From positions 2,666,001-2,730,000 of the forward strand of contig SMSO01000025.1 of NCBI GenBank assembly GCA_004764695.1: a DNA stretch of 64,000 bases. The letters are read 5' to 3'. The DNA comes from Schizochytrium sp. TIO01 (lineage: Eukaryota; Protista; Bigyra: Labyrinthulomycetes). Shown here in pieces: positions 11,379 through 23,677 of this stretch; the first letter of the stretch is position 1; every line of letters starts with the position of its first letter. The notes beneath the pieces were generated by a model that saw nothing but the letters and a program-made list of their open reading frames with translations, ran no database searches and was not told the DNA's origin. Made by a program: the position numbers and the translations under genes.

Positions 11379-13820
11379 CTGTCGTCTGTTTGATATTTGC
11401 TTTCGATGAGTGGCGAGCGCAGCGACTCCATCAGGCTCACAACAGGCGACGAGTGGCTGTCCTTCGCTCGCGAGAGCTCCCTCTAAACTCCACTGGATCT
11501 ATTTAAAGGTCTTTCCTCTCTAAATAATCTCAGTGTTATGAGAGGTATTGTAAACTCGTTCGATCTATGAGTGAATACTATTCTTCCGTGACTAAGCAAC
11601 ACTGACGTCATAAACAACCCTGCCGCATTAATCACTAAATTAAGCAGGGTTCAAGAATTAGGATTAGCTGCCGCACGAGCCTCACGGGGAAACCCGGGAT
11701 AACTAAAAGACCTCCAGTGGAGATAGGAGGAAATGACGCGTCGCCTCCTCTGGATGAACATCTTCCTCCCATCATTTTCTTCGTTTTCTTTCCCATTTCT
11801 TTCTTTTTCTTTTTCCATTTTAAAATCCTGTCAAATATTTTCCAAATCTTTTTCTTTTCCAAAAAGACTTTTCGAAAATTAGAAACCAATTTTTCATTGC
11901 TGTCAAAAGAAAATTTTCAAAAATAAAATAGTGCTTCATTCCTCATTCTTTCTTTATTTTCTTTAGGCAAATCTATCCAACGCTCCTTCGAAAGGCTCTT
12001 CTTCTTCGTTTCCTCTTCTGTAAACTATCGCTCGTATCCACGACCCTTCGAAATAAAGCCGCGGCTCCTTCAGCTCTTCCCTCGCGTCCTCCCTCCTGTG
12101 AGTATAAGCCTCGTGAAGCAGCGCATGATGTCCAAGCAAACGATCGCAAGACATCTCCAAAACCAGCGAATGAAAAGAAAAGAAAAGAAAAGAAAAGAAA
12201 GAAACGGGGGAAAGAATGAGAAAAAAGAAAGAGCGGCGTGTGCGTGCGTGCGTACGTAAATGCAGCATCAAAAACAGGGCAAAAGGCGCGTGTGTAAGGT
12301 GACATAGTTGGCAGCAGAGCGCTCTTTCATTCCAACATCCTCAGATTGATCAGAGCTCTTTCTTTCCTTCCTTCTTCGGCGACGAGGCCATCTAAATCTT
12401 GCAAACGTCTACGATTTTAATCTTTTAATTCATGCCAAGAATGTTAAGAAGTAAACCAAGGCTTTTAATTCTTCGCTTTGCATTACATCCATGCCTATCT
12501 ATGCCCCTCCTACCTATCTGCCTATCTATCGGCTAACCACCACCCCCGTTACACACAAACTCGACTCAGCGCAGCACTTCTATAGGACCCTTAATTACCA
12601 CTACTCCATTGAGAAAAGATTTTAGGCTGAAGATAGTCTTTTTTAATTTAATCATCACTGGCAACACTGGGGCGCATGAATTATTATTGCATTGAAGGAT
12701 GATTAAATAAAAGAATATTCATTTAAATTACAAAAAAGAACTCCTATCTTTAACTATGCGTAGTCCAGTTAGTCGCGTCGGGTGTGACTAAAATCTCCTG
12801 TCTCCTCCATGGCCTTGCTTTCGCGGCCTCACTAGAAGCACAGGTGTAGTTCCGGAGTTTGTCATTAAACAATAAAATTAATATAAAGCTTTTAGATGCT
12901 ACCGCGGCTTCCCCCTTTCATAACGTTGTTGATACACTCATTCCATCATTTCCTTCATTCATTCGTCATCGTTCGTCGTAGGCTCATCAATGTTGATGAG
13001 CGCTGGAGTCGGCGTCAGAGGATTAACTAACTTCAGTACATCAGAAAGCGTATTGACTGAGTACGAAGAAGTCAGCAGAGGCTAAATTCCTTAGTTAAGA
13101 AGCCTCGAAGACAGCCTTTGTGGCGCCATATTAATCGGATGCAGTCATGGTAATGGTCGTTCGATTATCTCTTGAAGAATGAATACCCTTTTTTGGTCTG
13201 ATGTGGGATCAATCTGAAGATCAGCTAGATACGCTTCGCAATTAACTACTTAACTTGAACTATTTCGACAAAGAACTAACTAGATAAGTAAATAAGTAAA
13301 TAAGTAAATAAATAATTAATTAATTAATTTGTATTTTTCTTTTCTTTCTGTCATAGGAAATGCAGTTTTTAATGTTAGAAACCAAACTCCGAATCGATAG
13401 ATCCTGAAACTAAGAGAGAGGGAGGGAGAGAGATGGCCTGAACATCAAATAGGTTTATGATGGTGGAAAGACAAGACTCCTGAAAGAAATCATTCAAACA
13501 CTAAGTTTGAAGAAAGCCTCCTCATCTCAAGTCCTTGACCTTGTTTTCCCTCAGCCGCGCTTAACTCTTGAATTACTTACTGGTTTCTTCGAATTTTGCT
13601 GCATGTCCCCTGTGTCCACTGCCTCACGAGGTGCCCTGGAGCAGAGCTTAATCTCGCTCCAGCTGTGAAGACTCCACTGAAGATTTCTTTCTCCTCCCCA
13701 CTGGCCATGGCCTACCGCACATTAGGGTGTGTGGCGGACAGAGGGGCCAGGAGGGGACATATGGGACCTGGATCCCGTAGCGCCTTTACGGAAGGCCAAC
13801 TCCTAAAATTTTAAAAAATC

Positions 13821-13850
13821 GTCTTGTCTTGTCTTGTCTTGTCTTGTCTT
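13821..13850. repeat. (GTCTT)6 microsatellite
   Basis: Perfect pentanucleotide run read directly. Confidence 0.95.
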
Positions 13851-16800
13851 TTCCTTCTTTATTTTCTTTAATTTTCTCATTTCTTCAGATCAGAACCATG
13901 ACTGTTAGTTATGTCAGTAGTAGGTTCAAGAAGAACGAAGATAAGCGCAAACGTTCTGGTATAGCCCCCTATTTTTGAATTCCTCTAATAGCGCTTATAC
14001 AGCAAAGATAATAGTACTTGACCTAGAAGGAGTCTTTCAGAGCACAAGTAGCATATAATGCTAATATACCCTATATTTTTGGAGTAGACCCGACTGCGGA
14101 TAGAGTTTTGGGGGTTATTATGAGGCTTTGCAGTTTGCAGCGAAAATGACCAAAGGCCAGCTGTTTGCTAGGTTGCCCTAGGCAGAGTAGTAAAGGAGGC
14201 TTTATTTGTCTTTTTAAGATTTTTAGTCCTCTGAGGCGCTCAAGGTTTGGGCGATAAGGCAGAAAACGCCGCGGAGACGAGCAGTTTTAGTGTCCCTTCG
14301 GATCATCTTTCGAAGTCCTTTTCTGCCTATCTGTGCACTTAGGCACCTCTTTGAATGGGCCCAATCGCCTATGAAAGGTGGGGCGAAATGGATGGATGGC
14401 GGCGCGAGGGTATGCTTTGGTAGACTTCTACTTAGCTCTGTAGTAGCAGTGGATTAGCAGAGGAAGCCAATTAGGGCAATCTTCTCGCTTTCTTACAAAT
14501 CTCCCCTTCTAAATAGACAAATCGACATGAAGAAATGTTTCCAAAAACGTTTTCATGGCAGTAGTAAAAAGTAATTTTGAAAAATATAATCATGATTTTG
14601 TTTTGTTTTAGTTAGCTAGCTAGCTAGGCCATGTAGTAAGATTTCAGATATTTGTAGACAGTCTAACTTGGCAAGCGACGCCCGGTTTCTTTCTTGAGCT
14701 ACTGAGATTGATTGACTGATTAATTGATTGATTGATTGGATTGATTGATTGGTTCATTCACGAGAAGTAGAGAGAAACATTTCGTTTGCTTTGACTCGCT
14801 TGTTTTCTTCTTCTCTACAGTTGGAGTTCCTGTATCTCCTCCAACAAGAGACACTAAAGGTGGGTATATCGTTACGTTTACAAAATCAAGGAAGGCGAGC
14901 CTTCAAATTATTGTTTGACTGTCTGCAAACCCAAAGACTAACTCGAACGTCGGCGGTGCTCAGAGTTGAGAAGATTATTCTCCTCGAAAACATTTCTTCT
15001 CCTCCCCCTCTCGCACATGACTCTGTGCAACCTCGCTCTTTCTTTACCTTCCTCTCTTGTTATGTCATATGTATGTCTAGGCAGGCCTGTAGGTGTGTAT
15101 ACATGTAAAATGTAAATTACCTTTTCCTGAGCTTTGCGCTCTCTGGTGCCATCCGATCAATTGGCAAAGCTAATCAATGGTTTCTTGCACCTCTTCTTGT
15201 GCCTGCCATGCTCAGTTCAAGTGAATGCTCTCGTTTGGTTCCCCAGGTATGAATTAATGCTTCGTGGACTTTGATGAAATGTATTCTGACTGCCGTGGAT
15301 AGTCAATAATTAATTACTTTATTTATCTATAGATGCTCAAGCAGAAGAATAGTAAGATAATTTTGGATCCTTATCTTCAATTTAATCACAATCCGTCGCA
15401 CGCATCGACCTTAAGCTCGATCGGCACTGGGCAAGGCTCTTCACGGTAGGCCAGCTCCACCTCTTCTACGCCGCCACTGACTCTTTGCTTGCCTGCTGGT
15501 TTACTCGCTCGCTTTCAAGCGCAGCTTCCATGATTGAACTTGCTGGCCTCAAGATCCTTCTCAATGATGACACCAACAGCGGCGCCTTGCGCAATCCATA
15601 CATTCATGCGTGACTCCCATTGATCCTGCTGCTCACAACACCTAGCTAGGTACTAGCGATACAGAAGCATGCTCTCCAACTACCAGTTACTCTACCCTCT
15701 GGCGCCGTGCCTTTCGAGCACTTCCTCCAGGATAGGCCTACCTACGCGCTGGCTAGCAAGGCTCTACTAGATGCGATCGCGCACCCAGCCTTCTATGCAG
15801 AACTCTAAGAGTGGCGCTAGCAGCAGAGCTGGAAGTGAATATCCTCGCGAAGAGAGCCCATCGTACTATGGATGTATCCTTCATCTTCATTCCTCGCTTG
15901 ATTTCTCATGAAAGCCTATCCTTGTGATCTGGTCTGAGGAGGTCCCCGCGTCGTGGCACTCGCCGAAAGAAGCAGAAGCGCGGCCGGCGACAGTGGGTGG
16001 TGGTCAGCTCCGCACCGATCGAGCTTGAATGACTGACTGACTGCCTGCCTGCCTGTGCTGACTAACTAACTTTGTTTGGTGCTTTCGTCCGTTTTCTTCA
16101 AGAATTTCGAGCTAGATCGCTCGCGATTCAAGCTTCTTCGCCATTGTGCTTCATTGTCATGACATAGCGTCGCGGCTGAAGATTTATAAATCCATTCATT
16201 CTTCACTCATTCATTCATTCACTCACTCACTCAATGGCAGACATCAACGAGCTGAGATATGGTCAACGTGGAAACTAGAAAATCCAATTCTTTTTCTCGC
16301 CATCGAAGCCATTGACTTTGTGCAAATAGAACGATTAACCGATCGATTCCTCTGAAATAGGTGACAGACAGACAGCACTCACTCTCTAGCTAGCGCAAAA
16401 GGAGCACAAGTACTTCAATGTAGCTTAAACAAAGCAGCTTAAACAAAGCAGCAGATAAACCAACTCTCTCTCACTCACTCACTCACTCAATGACTGCCTA
16501 GATAAGGATTAGTTAGTTAGTTCAGGCCGATGTGTGGTGGTTGGTTTCCTTGCTTCCATGCTTCTTTTAAGCCCTTTCCTTTCTCGCTTCTGGCCTCCTC
16601 CTGCTTGCTCTCTCAGGGCCTTGAGACGCAGGCAGGCAAAAGCGCCGATGTATCGCGGCGGCGGTGGCCTGAGATGTCAGCCTCGCGCTGTTTCACGGCG
16701 CCGTGGCTCTTCTTCGTGGATGGCTTCGTGGGACGGCGAGCGAGAAGCTGAGAGAGGCTGAGATGGAGAGAGAGAGAGAGCTTCTTAGGTTGAAGAACTC

Positions 16801-17991
16801 TTTTTGCGTTTTTTTGATTGCTTTCTTTTTTTTGTTGTTGTTTTTTTTTTTTTTAACTGGTTTCTTTCTGTCTTACCAGTGCGAAGAAGGGGAAGAAGAA
16901 CGAACAACGCCGCCCTTACGCGGTTTGCCTCTCTCTTAGGACCTGTCTGGCTGTGACGGTGGTTGAAAGAACTATCGCAGCGCAGGGTTGTGGCGGTTTC
17001 TTCTTCTTTTATTTCTGTTTTTGGTCTAATAAAAGGCGACTGTTTGTTTCCATAGCGCTGTTTTGTTTGAACTTTATAAAATAGAAAGAAAAACTTGATT
17101 AAACATTTCTTTCAATGCAAAGTACTTTGTTTAATTTAAAAAGAAAAATTGTAAATGGGAATGAAAATGTTTTTAAGACCATGGACCAAATATTTGAGAG
17201 AGGGAGCGAGCGAGTGCAATGCTTGGATCCGACAGTGCATCTGGCTGCTGCACGCCTCTGACGTATGCACTGCACCCATTCGTCATGCGCCGCTCCTATG
17301 AAATCAGGAGTCGACCAGCGAACTAGGGGCTACGGAGGCACTCTTCGCCTTGGACCTCTCGCGTAGTTCTCCTTTCCCTATGAGCTTAGCGTTTTCTCTG
17401 CCTCGCTTTCCTTTTCGCATCTATCCCTAGGCGCCTGCCTAGGCGACTCCTAGCCGCAACTAGTACCTTTTGCGCGACCTGATGAAAAGGAGACTTATTT
17501 CAAAGCTCATTCCAAAGGAGAGAAAAACCACTGAGCTGAGATGGTCTTTTGCAATGCGTAGCAGTGTGCTAATGAACAGATAAGACTCTTGGAGGTCTGT
17601 CTTTATCTGTCTGTAAGGAAGTGTGAAGTAAATACTTTAGGCGAAGGGGTGTATTTGCGGATCTTTCAGGACTCGAGCTGAGTAGCTTAGAAGTCAACTA
17701 CAGGGTCGGTCGTTCCCTAGCAGCCAGCTACGTAGAAGGTTAGGAGGGAGGTAGTCAGGAGTTAGCTGGAAGTGCTAGTCGGTAGGTAATAGCGCAGGCG
17801 ATGGAAACAGAATTGCTGGTTTTGCGCCATTTGTTTCTTCGCAGCTGGTTGAGAAAAGGCATCTCGGCCGACCGGGGCTCGAGATTTCAGGGCCCAAGCT
17901 GCGCTGCGCTCCGGTTACGCCTTCGCCCCCGCCCCTTCGAGTCGGGCTGTCGCTTGTCGCGGAGGCCTCGAAATGCCGCCGCGCCGTTGGC

Positions 17992-17992
<1 letters not shown>

Positions 17993-18026
<34 letters not shown>

Positions 18027-18466
18027 TTCTTTCTTTCTTTCCTTTCTCTCTGCAATTCTTTCCTTTCTCTCTCTGTAATTCTTTCTTTTCAGGCCGTCGC
18101 GCTGAGTACGTAAACCTCATAATAATCGCCAAACCTCATTGCGACTTGCAGACTTCTTTCTTCTTCATGCCTCTTTTCGCAGGCAGTTGAACATCTTCTA
18201 AAAACCAACTTTCTCAGCCAAAGCGAATAGAACGACTCACTGACGCACTGACTCACGACACGAGTGAGGAGGCTGCTTTGGCCTCTCTCTCTCTCTCTCT
18301 CTCTCTCTCCGTCTCTGTATCCATCCGCCTTTGAAGCCTTCGTCTTTATCTGCGCAGAAAGGACTTCGAAGGAGAGAAAGAAAGAAAGAAAGAAAGAAAG
18401 AGAGAAAAAAGTATGTCTCAAGATGGCTCTCACTGAGCGAGTGAGCGAGTGAGTGAGTGAGTGAGT
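17993..18466. repeat. Cluster of simple repeats: (TTTC)n, (CT)n, (GAAA)n, (GAGT)n
   Basis: Runs read directly at about 17993-18040, 18283-18309, 18376-18400 and 18436-18466. Confidence 0.9.
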
Positions 18467-19106
18467 GGTCTGCAGAAGTAGGTACCGCTGGTGATTCCTC
18501 TTCTTCTTCTTCTTCCACCGATGTCGGGGCCGAGAGCAGATGAGAGAGACTGCCGTGAGGGAGAGGAGCTTCGGCGCAGAGGCGCGCTTCAACTTGCCTC
18601 GTGGATTTCGGAGCTCGCCCTGATTTTTTAGTGTTTTTTAGCGTTTTTCAACATTTTTTATGGTTTTTTTTTTTTTTTGGCTTTTTAAGGCTTTTGGACC
18701 ATGAGCGACGAATGGATGGATGAATGAGAATGAATGAGAATGAATGAATGAATGAGTGGGCGACTCTTTAATCAGTCAGGCTGCAGTTGACCGCTTTGGC
18801 GTTTCTCTGTCTGTAAAAGTAAGCCTTCCTTATCTCTCCTCTCTTCAGTACCTACCTGCTTAGGCGAGCGCGTATGTATCTGTTGGGCGCCAGAGATTCC
18901 TATCTGACCAGTAGGAGGGAGTTACTGAGTAATGAGCGAGAGAGGGAGCGAATGAGAGAATGAGAGAATGGTAGAGTGGTAGCGTAATGGCTAGCTAGCG
19001 ATGAACAGAGATTGATGGGAGAATAGAGAGAAACAGGCTTTTGGGTGTGTCGTTATCGCGCTCTGTGAGACAGAGACAGAGAAGGAGGGCACGATTCGCG
19101 GAGGAT

Positions 19107-19149
19107 TAATTGATTGACTGACTGACTGACTGACTGACTGACTGACTGA
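19107..19149. repeat. (GATT)/(GACT)n microsatellite
   Basis: Read directly. Confidence 0.9.
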
Positions 19150-22100
19150 TGGATGGACGGACGCGTGGACGGGGCCCGAGGATTGGTGGGCTGACTGCGT
19201 GCAGAAGCATAAAACGGCGAAATAAGCGCCCGATCTGGGCGGCGTGGCGTGGACCCCAAACTTCGCGCAGGCTTTGGGAGGTATTTTGAAGAAACTAAAC
19301 TAAAAATCACTCATCTGTGATCGCGCCACCCCCTCACTCGATCGAGGCACTTAGCTTTACACCTATGCGGACGTAGGGCTTTGGGTAAGTTGCGAATGGC
19401 TCCTCTTCAGTGGGGACTTCTGTCGCTGTGTCCCCATTGATGAGCTTGCTTTCACGCATTCCATTCGGGACCCAGGTACTGCTGACTGCAGTTGATGGCC
19501 TCGGAGACGAAACCTTCGCCGCCAAGGCCAGCAGAGCTCGGCGAAGGTTCATAAATTCGACAAGGAATCGAGGTTATGCGAAGGTACACGGCGATGGCGC
19601 CGAGTATCTGCTGCAGTTGACGCAAGAACTTTGAGGATTCAGGAATGTGAGAGGATTATTAATCTGAAGTGATAAAAAACTTTACCTCGAGGGCATCCTG
19701 TTTGATCGAGCGAGCAGAGTGAAGAATGATAGATATTTCTTCATGGAAAAGGACGAGCCTTCCTTGATCCGATTATCTTCTAAATAAATTATCAGCGACC
19801 TGCGCATTATTTCGTGGGGAGGGTACTTTTAGAAGAGTTTATCGCAGTTGACGAGCCTTGAATCCCATTAAACATTCAACTCTGATAATGCTTCTATCAG
19901 AGGAAATGATCGGACCCTGCAATCATGATGCTGCTGCACACTCAAAAACTATTTGCACACACACACACCCTTCGAAATACTATCTCCAGTTTTCCTCAGA
20001 AATCTGAGGATACGGCCTTAGCCCAAAACTGCTCGTCGCCAAATGGATGATGTGATGTGATAACTTGTTTTAGGTAGCTAGGTAGCTAGATAGTAGGTGT
20101 GCAGTGGTGAAATGTGCTGTCTGAACATATTGTGTGGTGGAGAGCAGCCCGTCAGGTCCAACTAGCAGTAATACGAGTTCTATCATACCTATAACATTCT
20201 AACTCCCATGCCTACTGATCACTAACGCGTCAACTCATAAGCATTGCACCGAGCAAGAGCGTCATGAGAGGGGGAAATAAAAATTATATACTTATAAAAT
20301 TTGCACTCTCAGAACTTGAAAAGGACATTTAATATTAAAGTTTAACTATAAAAATGACCCAGCAATTTTCAGCGAGATGAAATAGTGCTTACCTAGGTAG
20401 CTGCTCTGGCAGTATAGATGATGACGGATTATGCGTATCGTGTACCTACTAACACATTTTCCGGTTAATATTGACACTCATCATTATGGAATTTGTATGT
20501 TTGTTTTGTATTATTTTAATGGTATTAAATGTCAGATGCTGTTTTAGTGGTAAGTCATTATTTAAAACTGAAAACACATCATCACAGGTTAGAAAGCAGT
20601 ACTACATGGTGATGCTGTGACAACAGTAATGGATTCTTTTAAAAGGTCTATTCACTAGACTTTTAAATTTCATAAAATTTGTTTTTAGAATTGAGATCAC
20701 CAAGCGGACATCTTGTGTTTTGTTTTTTTTAATGGAGTGCAAGTGGTGAGACAAACCAAAATTATAGATCTAAAGTAGTTAACCTTTGTATGCGAGGAAT
20801 TTCTAGCAGAGGTATTCTCGATTTAAAACACAGTACAGCTTGCGGAAAGAACAGATACGAGATCTTATGTTCACCCATGATTTGTTAGGCGAGGTTATGA
20901 GAGAGATTGATTAAGCCGCTAACACATTAGCATTGACCCGTTATTTCTTGTACGTATTTTCATTCTTGGAATTCATAAGGGTAAGTGCGATGACGCTTTG
21001 AAGGTCCCAGTTTGAGATGGCCAAATTTGTTGCTGTTGCTTGGGTTCGAACGACCAGGTCTTTCAGGTCCGGTCAAAGCCGACAACTGCTAATTTGCAAG
21101 ATAGTATATTAGAAACTTTATATTGCGTGCACGAATGTATAGTTTGCTTTGGCAATGGAATAGCTTTACCAAATGTACATTGAGAACATGATTCTAAGCT
21201 AGCCGTAAATTTATCTAAATGATTTGTGAAATTCATAAATTAAAGGTCGATAGTCAAATTTTCAAATCATTGAAATCTATGATCCTTGACTTTCCTTGGT
21301 CTTACATTTTGTAGCATGGTCAAGTATGAAATGCAAACAGCCTTTGGTCTTGTTAATTTTAAGGGGGTGGATTTCGCTTAAAGGTGTATAAGTTCATAAT
21401 AAGAGATCAGTCATCATTTTCATTTCGGCTTTTGATCATGAAGCATAAATTTATCAATATATTTCTTCGTAAATCATCTCATGATTACTGGAAGAATGAC
21501 TTGCCCATAACCTACCTTAAATAGGTACCACTACTTTTCCCAGTTGTTTTTTGTTTTTGGTAATTAAGAACCTATTTGTCATTATTTTTTATCATCCTTC
21601 TTTAAAATCATACTATTTCTTCTGACGAGATTCTTATACTTATTAGTACTAGCACTAAGTAGTAGAGATATCAGCCTCATCATGCTGCTAAAAAGTATTC
21701 TTTCCCGTTTTCATTTTCATAACGTTTTTATGGATTCGAGGCCTTCGATTCATTCAACAGCTCGAGGATCGAATCTAAGAACGCCCCACCTGCTCAGGTA
21801 CTAGGACATATTTTGTTTCCTCATCAGCTCTTTTTCGATGAAAATCAACGGTCCCGAAATTGAGCGTCACTGGGGTACGCTGTGACTAAAAGGAGCCTAG
21901 AAGTGCAACGACGGCACTGCCCTCTGAAGTTGTGGTTGATCGCATCATCGCTTTTGGAAGCCAAAGAAGATCCGCGAAATGTGTACACCGTGTCTGGTGC
22001 CACTCACTGCTTTTGTGAGAGGGGTGGCGGTTAGGATCGCTCTACAGGACCCGCGTACAGCCGAGGATTGCTTCCTTCAAGTTGATTGAGCGAGTGAATG

Positions 22101-22323
22101 ATTAGAAGATGGTGGCCACGTCCATCACGTTTCAAGTTGTTCGTCTCCTGCAAAGAATCACCTCTCGCGTGAAAGCCCATCGCTAATTTGCACACGCGAC
22201 GCAGAAGGAGATCAAGCTAGGTAGCCAGTATGACCTACAAACTCAACTCGCAAACGGATGGCTGCGGCACTCAAACTCGTGTAGTTCTATGAAAATAAAG
22301 CTCTGGCATTGTCATCGACTCGT

Positions 22324-22336
22324 GAAGAAGAAGAAG

Positions 22337-22366
<30 letters not shown>
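22324..22366. repeat. (GAA)14 microsatellite
   Basis: Perfect run read directly. Confidence 0.95.
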
Positions 22367-22367
<1 letters not shown>

Positions 22368-23394
22368 CAGTCGGAGCCCTTATGATCCAAGAACCCGGCG
22401 TCGTGAGGTGATTCGTAGCTCATGCCGAGAACGGATGAATCGAATCTCATCGGTTTTAGTCGTGCTTCAGCTTCGGTAGGATGGCCATCATGAATTACAG
22501 TTAATTTTACAATTCTCTGGCAGTACAAATTGCAAGCGTGGCCGACCGATGAGTCGTGGATTGATTGTGTCAAGTCGGAAGCGCTAAGGCAGTCTGTGGA
22601 AGGCTTTGCTTTCAAGGTCACTCACGCAGTAGGTTTGTCATGGGCTCCTGTAGAATCGACCAAAGCCAGCGCAATGAAGAGCGAAACGTCTCAAGCTGGT
22701 GTCGTTCGGTGTCAGCGTCGCAGATTAAACGCACGCAGGACCAACCGAACTAAAACAAGGGTAATGCAAAGGATTCTTTCTGAAGAATCCTATCCTCATG
22801 AATGGTTTGATAATGATATTTTGACAGTGCAGCGGAGCTTGCACAAACAAGCCTCTGTGGTAAATTAATTAATAGGTGGTATGTAAGTAGATGGAGTTTG
22901 TCTGTAAGGACAACGAACATGATTCTCAAGAGCGAGAAGGGAAGTACCGAACTAGGTATATCATATACCACCTACCTACCTACCTAAAAATCATTCAATC
23001 AACTAAAAAGCGCATTGCACTTGCAATGCAGACAATTCCTCTTGGCTGTGAGAAGACTTTCAGGAGAGCTGGCTGATTTTACATTTAACCCTCACGTTTA
23101 CTGACTGACACCTCAGCACTCGGAGTTCTCAAGAGCCAGGACACTTCTTCAGCATTCTTCGGTCACCATCGCAGTAGTCCAACTAATGCAGCCAGCCACC
23201 ATGAATTCTAGGCGTGAAACTAAACAAACAGAAAGCTTGGCATAGATTATCTTGTGTTTCCAGCACTGCCTATTACGCTGCTCAGCCTTTTCTGAAAGCC
23301 ATCTTGTCCACCCTGTAATCGCCTCACTTAACCTCAGCCACTCCTCATGGCTAGCATTCCAGCTAGCAAATAGATTAGCAGAGGCTACCCTAGG

Positions 23395-23438
23395 TACATA
23401 CATACATACATACATACATACATACATACATACATACA
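23395..23438. repeat. (TACA)11 microsatellite
   Basis: Perfect run read directly. Confidence 0.95.
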
Positions 23439-23677
23439 CAGTGCGGTCAGTACGGAAATCCGAAGTAGATCCAGGAAAGCCGGGAAATTAAAATGAGCGG
23501 AAGTCCGGTGATGTGTTTCGGAATTCCGGGACACTGGGGACCAGCCTGCTTTGTTGGTTGAGAGCGCGAGGAAGGTCTTTCTCCTTGTTGGTTTGGGGTC
23601 TCTTATGTACGAAGAGCTCAAACGCAAGGGCCGGAGCAGCTTCAGCGAGGCAGCTTCAGGTCTGCGGAGTGGACAAA

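Noticed and set aside
15413-16026. 12-bp inverted repeat AAGCTCGATCGG / CCGATCGAGCTT enclosing ~600 bp (possible MITE)
   Set aside because: No target-site duplication or extension of the match, and roughly one such pair is expected by chance in 64 kb.
16530-18592. Several 70-170 aa ORFs rich in F/L/S or R/E/K
   Set aside because: These are translations of microsatellites, open in several frames on both strands.
19485-19556. Hammerhead-like TTGATGG...GAAAC-stem-GTT
   Set aside because: The core deviates from CUGANGA, stem II is poor and stem I does not pair. Kept only as part of the hairpin cluster.
22530-22868. 112-aa ORF in the gene-poor region
   Set aside because: Non-ATG start, no motif, and no in-frame extension upstream.
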